A stretch of 63,748 nt of DNA, filler included, from Bigelowiella natans CCMP2755 (GCA_000320545.1; 5 parts of 5 records of this genome joined end to end with filler, not necessarily neighbours in it); one strand, 5' to 3'. Numbered from the whole stretch's first letter, positions 12,736 to 27,669 are shown. A program made the numbers and translations. The notes: generated by a model from the sequence alone, not told the origin.

Positions 12736-13162
12736 TGACAAAGAGATGATGATAATGATGATGATGATGATGATATGTATTAAATAGTGGTGCGGATGAT
12801 GTTACTGCTACAATCACTGCTATGATGGACTGCTAAAACGATGATGATATAGGGTTAGCTTCCTCGTCCTCTCTCCTTCTCCTGCTCCCTCCCCCCCCCC
12901 CCCAACTGATACTCGTCGCCGTTCTCAACGAAGTCATTGATCATCACGACAACTGGTGCAACAACTTAGGCTTTGACAAATTGGTGCACAGTCGTAATCG
13001 GGTGATAATTGTGGCAAACAAAGCTGATATTCTTCCAAAAAGTGTGGGTATGACTCGTGTAACTGCATGGCTCAGATCACAGGCCAAAGAAGCAGGTAGT
13101 AATACAAACAACTGTAACAAAGGAAGGGGAAACATTTCTTTTTCACTGCTACTTTTACACAT

Positions 13163-13237
<75 letters not shown>

Positions 13238-14244
13238 GTGTGTGTGTGTGCGTAAAATATTAGGACTAGGAGCTCTACATTCTGTGCATATTATCAGCGC
13301 CAAAAGACCGAATACCGTTGAGGTAATAACGAGACGTGAGAAAATAACAATAACCGCAGCAGTAGCAGTAGAAGTAAACAGCAGTATTGTTAGTTGAAAC
13401 AGAATACTGTAGCTGCTATTTAAAAATGACAACATCTAGATTCATTATTTATATTATATATTCATGGCGATGGAAGATATTATTCCTCTTAGAGATGATG
13501 ATGATAATGATGATGATGATGAGGATGATAATGTAGCAGCGATGAGGATGATAATGTAGCAGCAGCAGCAAGACCATCCTCTCTTCGTCCTCTTCCTCTT
13601 CCTCTTCCTTCTCCTCCTCCTCCTCCTCCTCCTCCCCCTCTCTTATCATTTATTTTGCTTAATCATTAGTTTAAAAGGTTGGTGGCAAAAATACGCAGTG
13701 CTGCTCAGCCTGACCCCATACAAGCAGGGCGCTATAAAAGACGCTACAAGGACAAATCTACGACAACGACTACGACGGGCAAAACGGCATCAGCATTAGA
13801 TGTCTACATAATTGGTTATCATACCACTCACTTACTCCTCAAGATCAATTTGTTGTTATCATGAAGTTTACGACAACTAAATACTAGCATTACTACGTTG
13901 TTTCTTATCATTCTTTAATGACAGAAGAAGAAAATATAATGGTTCATCTAAAGACGACGATGATGACATAATGCCAACGCCACTATGGCATTAATCTTAT
14001 GTTACTATCCTGATACACATCATTATCATCATTATCATCATCATCATCATCATTATCATGAGGCCGTTATCATGATGTTGGCCACCTTAAAAATATCTGT
14101 TGTTGTTATTTATATATTACTAATCTATTCCAACAAATAGGAGCAACAAACGTTGGGAAAAGCACGTTAGTTAATGCTTTAATAGATGCCAACGTCATTT
14201 CTAAAGGAAGGTCAGATAAAGGAGTAATAACACATTTATATCAT

Positions 14245-14277
<33 letters not shown>

Positions 14278-16671
14278 CAGCACTATTAGCAATAATAATG
14301 CACAAATGTTACTATGTACTTCAGGAAAGTCACAACATCTGGATTGCCTGGCACTACCCTAGATCTTGTAGAGTTTACTTTAAACAAAGAAAAGAGTAGT
14401 AGCAGTAGTAGATTTTCTTCGTCGCCCCAACATCAATCTGGGAGACTATTTGATACACCTGGGTAGGTATGCTGCTGCTTGTTAGTGTTAGTATTATTAT
14501 TATTAGTAGTAGTAGTAGTGATATTCGTAGTAGTAGAAGTTGAAGAAAAGTCAGCAGTATCACTAGTAAATTTGTGTAATAGTAGTTGTAGGTCTTAGTA
14601 GCAATGGAATAGCATCATTTTATTACTTTATTGTGTCTCGGATTTGAATTTGTTGTATACCAGTAGCTATTTTTGTAATGTAAGTATTTTATTCTTTTAT
14701 CGGTGTTGGTGCTGCTGCCTGCTGTGATGATATTATACTACTACTACTTGTTGTTATTCTTTATAGAGTTGTCGACAGGAGTCATCATCTCATTGTTGTT
14801 CTACTTTATAGAGTTGTCGACAGGAGTCATCTCATGCATAATCTAGAGGTAGTACTAGTAGTAGTAGTAGCACTATTTAGGACGACTCATCAAATGCATA
14901 ATCTAGACCTACTATTTGCTACAATAAACAGAGAAGAGAATGCGTACAAGCGTGTTGTTGTTGTTGTTATAGTTGTTGCTGCTGCGAGAATTATCGTTTT
15001 GAGTTATGAATAACGATGATGGTGTACTTTCCAGAGCAAAGAATTAAAAGCTGTTACACCTAGATCAAGTCTTAAACCAGTTACATACAAGTTAAAAAAA
15101 GGGCAGGTTATTATACATAGCAGCAACAACAACCACAACAATTATACCTTATTATACCATATTATTGTACCACAATATACCAACCCTAATGTTGTTGTTA
15201 TTATTGTTTTCTTCTTCTCCTTCTTCTTCTTCAAGGTGTTGATGTTAGGCGCTATGTGCATGATAGAACAACTGGATGGTAAACCATTCTTTTACACAGC
15301 AGTAATGTCCAATCAGGTGGTGGTCCTCATAAACGATTATTGTAGTATTGCTAGAGTTGTAGACAAGTAGCAGAACTATAGTATCTATCACCTACACACC
15401 CTTCTTCTTCTTCTTCTTCTTCTTCTTCTTCTTCTTCTTCTTCTTCTTTTTAGTGGTATTAGGTAGTTGATAATAGCAAGTAGTCGCCGTAGTGTTGGTC
15501 TACTACTACCTTAAGAAATTGATGCTACTAATGCTCAACCAATACCTCTATTTCATCAAAAACTGCTCCTACACCACCTCCACCACCACTACCATCACCA
15601 CTATATTATTAACTACACTCTCCTACTACGAGCAGGTAAGCTGCCACGTTAGTCGCCGAGAGAGAGTAGCTGAATTACTTTCTACAAAAACCGGAGGAGC
15701 AGCACCCATGCTATATCCACCCTTTGAAAAACGAAGAGTCAGTGATCTTATCATTATTATTATCATGATCATCCTTTTACCAACGAAGAATCCTTCTTTA
15801 CTTGATTAGGTTTGTGACGTCGGTCTTGGTGCAGTCGATGAATGGGCTGCTGAAATGCTTGATTATCGTAAATGCCCTTCAAGAAATAACGTGGAAGAGG
15901 AGGAGGAGAACTATTGCAGAAATGATGAAATCAGTACCTGCTGTAGTAGTAGTAGTATTAACGACGATAATCATATTGCTGCTGATGCTAAGCTACTGTT
16001 GATTATGATGATGATGGTTGTGATGATGACGGTGATGACGTGAAGAACTGTTTCACATTGTTGCAAGTGTTTACCGCATCCCTTTGTTGTAGTTTTCTTC
16101 ACATTTTCCTTGTCGCCGTTGCTTGTATATTTGTATGTATGCATGTAAGGGGCACCAACAGTCATGGGGGTTGGTTGCTTGTTGTCTCTGCTACTGTGTG
16201 TCTTCTCTCCTCCTCCTCCTCCTCCTCCCTATTATTTTCTAATTGCAGATACTATGCATCTAATCTTTCATTTCTTACGTTTGTCACAAAATGAATGATG
16301 CAGGTAGCAGCAACACTTCTTCCGGGAACAACAGCACCAACAACAATAACAAGCAGCACGGGTCGTCGTCATCAGTGCGGATACTAAGTTTTACGGGAAA
16401 GGGATGGAGAGAGGCGTGTGTGGATATTGTCTTTCCAGGGCTAGGATGGGTTGGTCTCACAGGTGTTGGCTCTGTACGTGTTGCTGTTCATTGTCCTGAT
16501 CATAAAATTGGACAACCTATTACGAGAAATGAGCCCTTTCTACCATACGACGCTTTACCGACTTCTAAGGTTAAACTTGAGGAGAAAGAAAAAGATGACA
16601 GAAAATCAATAATGGGACTTTTGTTTGTTTACATCAATCAGAAATTTACCGGGAACCCCTCGAGAAGATAA
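10411..16671 (+). CDS. Circularly permuted GTPase, YqeH/NOA1 family (organellar ribosome biogenesis); start uncertain
   Basis: Zinc ligands CDGC...CTRC, then VVKMVDIFD, G4 ANKADILP, G5 ISAK, G1 G|ATNVGKST, G2 SGLPGTT, G3 LFDTPG, and C-terminal DIVFPGLGWV. The order is G4-G5-G1-G2-G3. Confidence 0.93.
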
Positions 16672-16922
16672 GAAATTGAATTGATGTACCCTGCTTCATC
16701 TTCGCATTCGATCGAGTTGCAGAGGCTCATCACCCAGTTGTTGGCAATACGATGGCGCATGCTTGCTTGACTACTATTGTTTCGATTGAACAGCTCTGCA
16801 CCGACGTCATATTGCTATGCTGTTGCATGATGTACGTAGCACTTCTGAAGTACGTGTGTGACCTATGAGGCCAGGACCACGTGGCCGATTACGATATGCA
16901 TAGTGTAATATGAGATGGATGT

Positions 16923-17133
16923 GAGACGGATGTAATGAAGTGATTAAATATTTCAACTAGTCATCCTGATGTAGCTGTGCAAAAAAGACGGATGCAATAA
17001 ATGAAATAATTACATTTTTCCATAAATATACATCCTAATGTAGCTGCACAAAGCTGCGGCTAATAACAACACATGTGTAATATGTGAGACGGATGTTATG
17101 AATAAATCTTTTTTCTTAATGGTCATCCCAACG
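16923..17133 (+). repeat. Three diverged copies of the ~60-bp intergenic repeat
   Basis: AGACGGATG near 16924, 16986 and 17087, each followed ~40-45 nt later by CATCC(TG/TA/CA)A(T/C)GTA. Confidence 0.8.
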
Positions 17134-17801
17134 TATAATATATCACATACATAGTCTAGAAGTGTCTATGGTTCGATGAATGATCGATGCTCGTGTGACA
17201 TGAGTCATATACATTCTATTACTATATGAATGACATGGCTGCGAATAATGCGATATATTGTGTGCTTCACTTACAAAGAAGCTGAAATAAATCTGGACTC
17301 CGTACATCACAGCTAGTAGAGCGCAGTTACAGTCAAGTTAGCAACACAACGTTGTGAAGGCAGGGGACGAGCCTGATGATGCCTAAATAATCTCTAGATG
17401 ATTCTAGACAAGTCGCAAATGCGCATGCGTACGACTTGCTGCCGCGAGCACAGTTGATGAATAAGGGCACAGCATGCATGCTGGCGCTATATAAGTGAAC
17501 CACCACGAGTATAGCCATACTTGCATAACGAGTTCCACACTGGCATTGACAAATGCATAAGACGAAAGCTCAAATAAATTTTTGTGCCACATGGCAAGAG
17601 TAACAATATGAGTACAATTCCAATGAGATAAAATCAAGCCCAAACTGTTTCTCTGCTAGGTAGTGTTGAAAGTAAATAATGCTCTATTCGAGATGACACG
17701 TCACAATAAACATGCAATGAGCATGGCGAATGTTCAAATCTGACCATCCTCACGGCACCTCAAATGCAGTCGAACGTATAATAATAGTTTTGTGTATTAT
17801 A

Positions 17802-18554
17802 TTATTTTTTTAGGAATTCTACACACCAATTTCCAGCATTAAGATATTCTCTAATGATGCATATGGTTGAATTCAGTGTCTTAGCTGCAGATTTGAGCAA
17901 CTGTACAATCTCACCTTCCTCGAATACATGGCAATAACGTTGAAAAACTAACTTTCCGTCCTTACTTTCCTCTACACCATAGTCACAATTATCGTTGCTC
18001 TGGGCAAATTTTTTGGGCATCTGATGTATGTTCAACACACGCACCAATGATAAGTACACACACTTTCTTCTTCATGTTGAAAACACATTATTTATATTGA
18101 GTTATAGTAGCATCATTAAGATCATCATCATCATCATCTAACCTGCCACCCAATAAGAAGATCATGCTTATCGAATTTTCTTCTGGAAGTGCCTGGTTGG
18201 GTTTTAGCCCACGCTGTGACTAATGCATACCCGCCTGGAACAAGTACCCTTATCATCTCCTCTGATGGATCATGATAACAATCAGAAAATCAACAACCAT
18301 AGGAAGGAGGCTATGGCTCGATGGTCATTCCAGCGATTATTCATAAGCACGCTCATTATTATTGCTATTTATACTCACAGCTGCTGCTACACTTGAGAAA
18401 GTAAAGTAGTAGTAGTAGTAGTAGTACCCATTGCTTTCCTCCTCCTATCTTCTGTTGACATGTGATGAATCACTGCAATACTTATTGCGACATCTGCTCT
18501 ACCACTTTTTAGAGGCACCTACCAAATGTAGGAATAAGAACAGAAGTGACGTTA

Positions 18555-18591
<37 letters not shown>

Positions 18592-18937
18592 TTACTACCT
18601 GTAAAGCATCTCCTAAGGATGCATTCAACTTTCGATTCCCACAAATTTGAACCAACCTCTCACACATATCTATTCCTAAAAGAGCGAAGGACATCAAGAT
18701 TGCCATTAATAACTATCATCATCATCTACATCAATTTGTCAATCACTTTTCTACTCTTCATTTGTTAATGTTTAGACGAAGATGATGATGATTGATGATG
18801 TGAGAATGATTCTGCAGCTGTATAAAGTTATGCACACACCTATGGCTGCTGCTGCTGCTGTTACGTTGGCCCCATGTTGATTTTTGTCCTCATCCTCCTC
18901 CTCCTCCTCCTCCTCCTTACTCATCGTCGTGGTTATC
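17802..18937 (-). CDS. SAM-dependent methyltransferase, Trm9/ALKBH8-type (tRNA wobble U); 5' end truncated by gap
   Basis: GIDMCERLVQIC...GDALQ; DVAISIAVIHHMSTEDRRRKAM; EEMIRVLVPGGYALVTAWA; QRYCHVFEEGE; GNWCVEFLKK*. Confidence 0.88.
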
Positions 18938-19037
18938 NNNNNNNNNNNNNNNNNNNNNNNNNNNNNNNNNNNNNNNNNNNNTTAATTAATTAANNNNNNN
19001 NNNNNNNNNNNNNNNNNNNNNNNNNNNNNNNNNNNNN
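18938..19037. other. Assembly gap with artificial linker
   Basis: N44-TTAATTAATTAA-N44; identical at all four gaps. Confidence 0.97.
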
Positions 19038-19348
19038 TACAATCGTCCTTTACTACAATCATCTACCTCCAAGAATTGGATGTGCATATTTATAGTGTGT
19101 CTATATATCATCACTTTTTGTATGGCACTACGATGTAGACAGCGATTCGTCAGCAAGGATACACCACACCACTCGAAGATCAACTATTTCTTCTCTTCTA
19201 CTGTTGCTTCTTCTTCATCTACTATTATCTCCCATTATTATTACCATTATTTGTCCGGACACAGGTGACTGTCGAATCATGCTTACCAAGCATGTATTCA
19301 GTGTTTCTGAGATCACCAAATAGTACAACCAGCAGATCACCAAAGAAT

Positions 19349-19383
<35 letters not shown>

Positions 19384-20269
19384 AAATAACTGAGGAGGAG
19401 GAAAAGGGTAACGGCATCTCGTTTTCGTGATGATCTCAACAACTCTATAATGCAGTCTTACGTGTCCAACTCCCGCACATAGATCTAGTAAATCATAAAC
19501 ACAACACGCGCAGACAAGTAAGGAGGAGAATCAAGAAAACGGATGCAAAGATGGATAGATAGATGGAGGGGGAGGGAAAGAGCCTACTAAGTGCAGGTGT
19601 TCAATTTAAGCACACGAGAACACAACACAACATAACACAACCATGTCAAGCACACACACATACACACATAATGCTTTTAATATTGTCTTTAGCTGGAAGG
19701 GGTGGAGGAAGATCACACACCTTGGCACTCTTTGCATCCGCATATACGACCTCTATTATCATAATATTCATTGAGTTATTACAAGAGAGTAGCAGTAGTA
19801 TTAGTAGCAGTGTGTACAATGAAACATCATAGCACTATTTGTCAGCGTTGTATTTATTAAATAGCAGCACCAAGTAGCACTACTACTACTTGTAGTATTA
19901 CTTGTGTCTGTGCAAGCAACAGCACTCCAAGACCGATCAGTCGTACGCTTTGCATCATCAGCTGCTGCTGAGTTGAAACTCTTCTCCTCCCTGACCTGAT
20001 GGGTGGCAAACAAAGCAGCATGAAAGGTAAGGGGATGGGGTCATCGTGGTGTTCATGATGATGATGATGACCATACATTTTATGAGAGAGTAATGAATAA
20101 TAAGGGGCGGGGCAACTATGCACACCAACAGCAGCAGAGGAAGTAGAAAGCGTAACAGAGCTAGTAGCAGCATCAACGCTAGTATTATTCTTCCAAGGAA
20201 TCGACAAATAACCTTTTCATTTCTTTCAAACTTTTCTTACAGGTTGTGTTGGTTATTGCATATTGTCTA

Positions 20270-20308
<39 letters not shown>

Positions 20309-20392
20309 GTACGAGGCGTTTATTTGCTTTGTTGAGGTCCCAAATCTCAAGATCAGTCTTGGTGTTAGACTTGGCTACGCAGAGCTAATCAT

Positions 20393-20439
<47 letters not shown>

Positions 20440-21668
20440 AATCATGATGCAACCAAATTCTTTGTGAAAATGCATGATCCCTTCCTCCATCACACACACT
20501 ACCACAGCTACATCATCATCATCATCATCATCATCACCATCATTATCATCATCGTCGTCGTCCATTGTATTCTTCACAATCGCCACCATTAACCATCCAC
20601 ACCATCATGAATTAGCACTTCTTCTTCTACTACCAAGAAATCCTTCCAACTAACGGTACTACTATTAATCCCAATGCAGTATTTGATTATTTATTACCAG
20701 TCCTGTGTTGATCTTGTTCACCCTGCCAGTTCTGGTGGTATTATTATTATTATTAGTTTGCATAAGTACGTATACCAAGCGTAGTAGTAAGTAAGTAGTA
20801 TACACATAATAATACACAACCCACATCATACTGCAAAAGTATATGAAAAACAGGGGATTGGTCGGAGGACACACATATAAATTTCTGCTTGTTACCAAAA
20901 CGCGCGCGCGCGCACACACACACATACATCCAAATAATTAGTTTCTTCTTCCTACCTCCAGTTGAAGACCTTCTTCGTCGATGGTGCAAAAAGATTCTGT
21001 ATCAAGATAATAATAAGCACAATAATAACAGGAAGAGGAAGAACCATATCTCAGCATAATCACTACGCAATGTTTTTTTTTTCAAGTGTACAAGAAGTAG
21101 TACCAATATCGGATGCGATAAGCTAAAGTTTTCGCTCTCAGCTGGCCTTCTAAACGTTGAAAGCTGCAAATGTTGATAATTCTCGTTGTTACAATCAATT
21201 TATGGGAAGATTTATAATAGTATTTACATAGTGTGTACACACATACACACACAGACACACATATCTTGAGCCTCGAATAGAGAGAAAAAGAGGAGGATAG
21301 ATAAATAATAAGAATACAATCGAAAAATAGATGGGATATACGTCTTTCAAAACAAACCGTGACGTATTTCTCCAAGAACCATCTTCGGCCAAGCTGGGAA
21401 TGAAGAACAAACAAGAATATAGAAGAAGAATGATCGAGAAAATACAAAAGACAGACCAACGAACAATATGTTTTACCATTATGCTGTGTTATAATATCGT
21501 TTGTACGCATGATGACGGCAGTACTAGCATAAAGACAGGACCAATGCTATTTATCAATGACAATCGTCCATTAGTCATTACTTCACCTGAGGCCATCCTG
21601 CGCGATCACACAACTTTGCCCTGTAGTATACGTGGTGGTATTAATAGTAATAATACCATTGTGTGTGT

Positions 21669-21722
<54 letters not shown>

Positions 21723-22595
21723 GTTTCCCCAAATCAATCACCGATATATTATAACATCGCAGAGGGCCTTAAAATCAAGTGTTCATCGAATGTCAACAAC
21801 TCATTATTGATCCTCTGATGAAGGATGTTCGTGTCATTCACCCAACCATTACAGTCGTTAGTAGGGCGATCATCATCATCATCATCATCATCACCATCAT
21901 CATCACATCGTAGTATCTAACTGATAACCTACAACGGACCATATGATCTCCTTTTCGCCATTTGTATACCAATTGCGACACACACGCGTCATTCGTAGAA
22001 CGTCAGGCAAGGATCCAAGGAAAAGACAGATGTTGAAAAAATTCCCAACCTCCATGTCCTTCCTAGATAGTAGCAAAATATGATCAGTTTGGGTTGCTTT
22101 GTCGCAGCCTTCATTAATAAGGAAGCAGAATGCTGCTTTGATATAAGAGGAGCAAAGACAGATAATGTCGGAGTAAGAGCCAGCTGAGCTGTTCCATATA
22201 CACATGGCCATGTAACATACCGCTCGAGCTCATCATAACACAAAAGATAATAACACTTAAGCTCCTCCTCCTCCTCCAATTTCTCAACGTTCCGATGTAC
22301 GTGCTTCTTACGATAAGCTGAATACCAGGTCCGCGGCTTCGAGGTGGTCTTCGTCTGCTTCTTATCTTCCTCTTCTTTCATATGCCTTCTTTCTCCTCCT
22401 CCTCCTCCTCCTCCTCCTTTAACGTCGTCGCCCTGAAATCCAGAGCATAGATGTCTTCCTTTGTTCTTCAATTAACACAATTCGCTTTTCTTGTACCCTC
22501 GTTCACGATATTTACAATGTGAACCCCCTTACCATCTACACTCTCCTCGATTGATTTGGGGTAGTACATACCTCAGCAGCTGTAGATTCGCTCAT
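19038..22595 (-). CDS. F-box protein, probably with a WD40-like C-terminus; 3' end lost in gap
   Basis: MSESTAAE|GDDVK...; F-box-like FFNICLFLGSLPDVLRMTRVCRNWY...IIW; later exons DLEIWDLNK and LGKHDSTVTCVRT resemble WD40 segments. Confidence 0.6.
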
Positions 22596-23387
22596 TATGT
22601 AAACGTGAAGAGGGTGGCGTGTCGATGACGATGACGATGACGATGACAATGATGAATTGATGAATAATGAATGATGATGATGATGATAATGGTGATGAAT
22701 TATCGAAATATATGCAAGAAAATATTTCCTAAAATCATATAATAGGGCATCATTGTTGCAATAATGATAATGATGATTAGATCGCTAGCAATGGACAATT
22801 TTTTTAAGGTTATTTTACTATGAATAGTGAAGCACAGCCATGTCTTTGCACAAATCTAGATAGATGGCTTAGAATTTGAACCTACGACATGAATCGTAGC
22901 TGTCTCCAATAGTGAGAAACAAGTCGTACTGAAGCGTGCGCTTAATAAGGATGCATTTTCCTCCTACGACTTGAATTTGATTGTTATTTCGGCTACAATT
23001 AAATTGCCTTCTGGAGTGCAACGAACGATTATACTACTTCTCGTGGACACGCGTCTTTTCTTCCCCCCCTAACCCTTTCTTCCCCCTGACTCGGAAGTTC
23101 AGCACCTTAGTACTGGGAAACCCAACGAAACCCGGCTTGAGGGTCCTCTGGTAATTAGAGGTTTACGAGTTCTTACCCTTGTTACTTCCACCCCTCTTCA
23201 ACCACAAAGAGAAAGAGAAAGAGAAAGAGAAAGAGAAAGGGAGAGTCCAATCAATGGCGAATGGATGCTAAAAATGAGCTATCACATTTTTTTATCTCAG
23301 TGTCGGACTAAAGGGGGGAGGTTTCGACGTTGAGTTAGTGGGCCATTACCTTTCTTACACCATGCCAAATCAATATCGTCAATTCGG

Positions 23388-23649
23388 ATGACGACGACGA
23401 CGACGTCGTTTCCTGCAGTTTTGGTTGCATTGACGACTCTGTCGATATTCACAACGCCAGTGAAATCTTTACCGGTAGTATCCTTTGACACAAGTGTGCG
23501 AGCATTATTAGTACTAGGAGTAGGAGAAATGACTAGAAAGAATATCAATATACCTGATACCTAATCTCTGCAAAGTCCTGCCATAATAGTATCAACTTTA
23601 ATAAATCAATTTACGACGTTGCATATAAAATCACAATCTGAGTTTTTCT

Positions 23650-23681
<32 letters not shown>

Positions 23682-23770
23682 TTCTTCTTCTTCTTCTTCT
23701 TCTTCTTCTTCTTCTTCTTCTTCTTCTTCTTCTTCTTCTTCTTCTTCTTCTTCTTCTTCTTCCTCTTCAC

Positions 23771-23806
<36 letters not shown>

Positions 23807-25406
23807 TTTAAGGGCTCGCTGTCCAGAAGTAGCTGCAGTAGTAGCTGCAGTAGTAGTAAAGTAAGGATTAACAGCATCGATTCCACGAGGAATGGTGAAG
23901 AACTTCTGTTCTCTCCCTCACCCTTTACTGCAACTACTTCCTACCACCACCAACATCATCATAATCACCACTCTCGACGTCCTTATCGACGCTATCACCA
24001 CCTGCTACCCCGCTCCTCCGCTGTATCGTCTTCCAACGTCCTACCTGCTGATGGCAATGATGAAGGAAGAGGCGTAGGAGGAGGTCGACGAAAAGAAGGA
24101 ACGAGTAGATCAAAGAAGACGAGGAGTAGAAAACAGCAGGTAGAGACGCCCCGACAACAACAGAAGGATGATAGGATTTATTACGTGTGGCCAGGGTGGT
24201 GTATCGCTGCCGTCACAGCAGCACTGTCCTTTTTATTACTATACCATACAGATTACAATTATTATTACTATTATTACTATTTGTGTGACTTTGATGTTTA
24301 CCTCCTCCTGCTACTGCTACCACAAACAAAGGGCACTCAAATAGCGCGACAGCTTCAGGCAGCTGTGAGTGCACAAGATGCACTGCGAATTGCTGATGAA
24401 CACAAAGAGGAATTGGACGGGTAGTAAAACTAATCCCCCCCCCCCCCCCCCCCTAACCAACTTAACATTTTAATAATGATGACTGCTGTGATTTGTGGAT
24501 GGATGCATCAGGTGGGACCTTGCCATATGTGTGAGTCGTGTAGCAGAACGAACTCCTGAATTTGACCAGACATATGCCAGTAAACAGGAGTGGAAGACTT
24601 GGCAACGGTAATCATCATTATTGTTGTTGTTATTATAAGTTATAGAACAACAACGTGTACTTCTGCTATAACTGCAACTGCTACAATCCTGCTGCTGTCA
24701 TCAATCAATGCCGTTCTATTACTCCATGTGCTATGGAGACCGATATTTTCCTTTTGTCAGTGTGCTTTCAGACCTATCTATCAGCATGCCGAAGCTTTCA
24801 CCACGAGCTATTGCTACACTTGTAATTCAACAACGAAAATTTAGTATACGGAGAGTGTAGTGGAAGTAGTAATATATGATGTTTGATATTTACATTGATG
24901 TGGCCAGCGAAGAGGAGGATGGATGTTATCTTCAAGATGCGTCATCGTCGGTGGATTTATAACCGTATTACTGCTTTCCTTTCCTTTCACCAGGCTGTCT
25001 CCCTGTCAAAACTCAAGTCACTTCCTGGAAACGACCTCATCCGTGCCCTAGAGAAGAGAGCTACTGCTCCAGACATAAAGTAAGCAGCAATAGCAGCAAT
25101 ACTAGCAATAACAGCAGTAAATGGGTTCGACCATGAATAAGCCGATGATAATTCTCTCTTCTTCTTCTTCTTCTTCTTCTTCTCCTTCCTCTTTCTATCA
25201 CTACAACAACAACAACAACGACTACTACTACTACTACTACTATCGTCCTTCTCCCCCTCAGGTACGATTCTCAATCCTTAGCAGGGTTGTTATGGGGTCT
25301 ATCAGAATCAAATGCTAAATGGCCGCTACAAAATCGGCACTCTCTCGTCAGGTAGTAATATGCAGACATGGATATGGGAGGGAAGACACATACAAATAAT
25401 GATGGG

Positions 25407-25441
<35 letters not shown>

Positions 25442-25488
25442 GGAAGCATCATTAATATAGAAGGGTACATACAAAATGATTGGATACT

Positions 25489-25519
<31 letters not shown>

Positions 25520-27636
25520 CCATGATATCAGGAGTCTCTTGAATGCGGCAAAGAAGCTCACGAAGACTCGTGACTCCGACCTGCAACAGACAATGCTTGC
25601 GCTATCTAGATTAGGGGTGTTATTATTATTATGTCAGTAGTCGTATACAGCAGTGATATATTATCACAATACCTCGTCTAGAATCCATTCATGATACTTT
25701 ACTACCTCGTATCATAATAAAGAGGAGTCAATAGGAGCGTCCCCCCCCCCCCCCCCCCCCTCTCTCTCCTCTCTGTGTGTGTGATGATTGTCTTCGCTGT
25801 GTTTAAAACCGACACCCAACGCTACGTGTAATCCAACATGGAGCCCTCTCACTCACCCACTCGCTTCTTGACTCAAACAAGGTCCCTGCGGAAGAGCTTG
25901 AAGCTTTAACAGCAGCAACAACGACAAGTAGTGCTGCTATTGCCGGTGCTACTACTTTAAATGTGGTTGTTACTGATGCTACAGAGCTTTCACCTTCTTC
26001 ACCAGCACAGCAGAAAGAAGCAGCAGCAGTTGCTTCTACTACGACAATGAAGACAACAGCAGCAACAACTAGTAGCACTAGTATCGTCACCAAGAATGAA
26101 AAAAAAGGAAAAAATAAGGCAGGAACAACTTCGATGGGGCAGCAGTATGATGACCAGAAGAAGGCTATTAGTAACAGCGTGATGACAAGGAGGACCAAGA
26201 ACAAAAAGAGGGAGATCAACTCCGGAAAGAAAAACACAGCTGCCACGAGCAAACAATACCAAGTCAATACTGTGAGTGTGAGTGTGAGGAGGAAGGGGAG
26301 GATAGAGAAAGAAATCGAGGGATTGAATAATAATATAATATATAATGAGCATGTAGTAGTAACAGATGTGATGTTTGTTGCGGTTGGTGGTGTCTTTGTT
26401 AGTAGATCATCATCGTAATTATCTTTCACAGTGTGAGACAGTAGTAGACACATACATCGTATATTAGCCGTAGTTGTTGACAGCATCTATTCGTTTATTT
26501 CCCGGTGTTAATTTACAGCCTGGGCAGGTATTAATAGCTCTGGAAAACATAGAAGATGATAAGTCGATGACGTTCCAAAGCGCAATGGACATTTTTTCAG
26601 CCGCACCTAAAGATAGAATCACCCCAGAGATTGTTGCTAAGCTACTCAGAAAGGCTGCAAGACCGAAGCCGTATGGTATAGGTAGAGGAGGAAGGCAAAT
26701 ACAGAAAGGTGGAAGTTGTTAATGATGATAATGTTGGATGTTTAGTTAAGAGAGAAAATAAAGGTTTGTGCAGCAGACAAAAGCACTTGTTGCTTATCAT
26801 GCATGTAGGATATAGTCGATATGATGACGAACAACACCACTGAATCCTCTTCTTCACCTCCTTCAATATACGGAACTAAACTCATTTTCAGGTGTCATGC
26901 GCTCGTGGCAGGAGCTATTGCAGTCCCACGTCGCTTTTGCCATTTTGGAAGCGGGGGGATACGGAAATCAAAGGGGGTTGGAGATGATGGCACAATCTGC
27001 CAGATACGATGTACAAGGACAACAAAATCTGGATGCGCAGCAACATGACGACAACGATAACAACAACGAAGTGTTAATTGACATCTTAACGTCTCTATCT
27101 TGGATCACAACCAGGGGGGGGGCTAGCATGCCAGCTGACGTAAGTATATCATCATCTACAATTGAAATTAAAATTAAAATGACGATGCAGCACAGCTATT
27201 CTCTCTCTCCCTCTCTCTCTCTTTCTCTCTTGCCCAATTGACACCACTATCATCATGTATCTCTTAAAGGTTACACGTGCGGCAGATCAGCGTTTCCAGG
27301 AAATTGTAGGGCAGACATCGCCTTCAACTTTACCACGATTGCTACGGCCACTCGTCCATTTATCTCACAGACTCCCTTTAAAAACGATAAATGTAGTAAA
27401 TATATACTCAGTGATAAGAGAGGAGAATAACAGAAAAATTGCAATGATAATAATAACAAATCATATTGAAAAGATAGTTGCGTCATCTGCCACCTCCTCG
27501 TCTTTGTGAGCTTTCTCACAAGAACTCATGGAGGCTGCTAATTTTACCATCAAAACTTTCATCATCATCATCTTGCATGTTCTCATCTACTCATTTCAGA
27601 CTACATGCGTAATATAAGACCGTCAACATGATAATT

Positions 27637-27669
<33 letters not shown>

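Noticed and set aside
16923-17133. CRISPR array or C/D snoRNA cluster
   Set aside because: Eukaryotic context, degenerate units and no unique spacers. Box C (RUGAUGA) and box D (CUGA) are not conserved across copies.
18938-19037. TTAATTAATTAA palindrome inside N runs (also at 40147, 50625 and 60773)
   Set aside because: An identical 100-nt spacer with stops in all six frames, i.e. an artificial contig linker. Adjacency across it is not evidence of linkage.
17802-22595. Apparent F-box/methyltransferase fusion on the minus strand
   Set aside because: The two parts are separated by an assembly linker.
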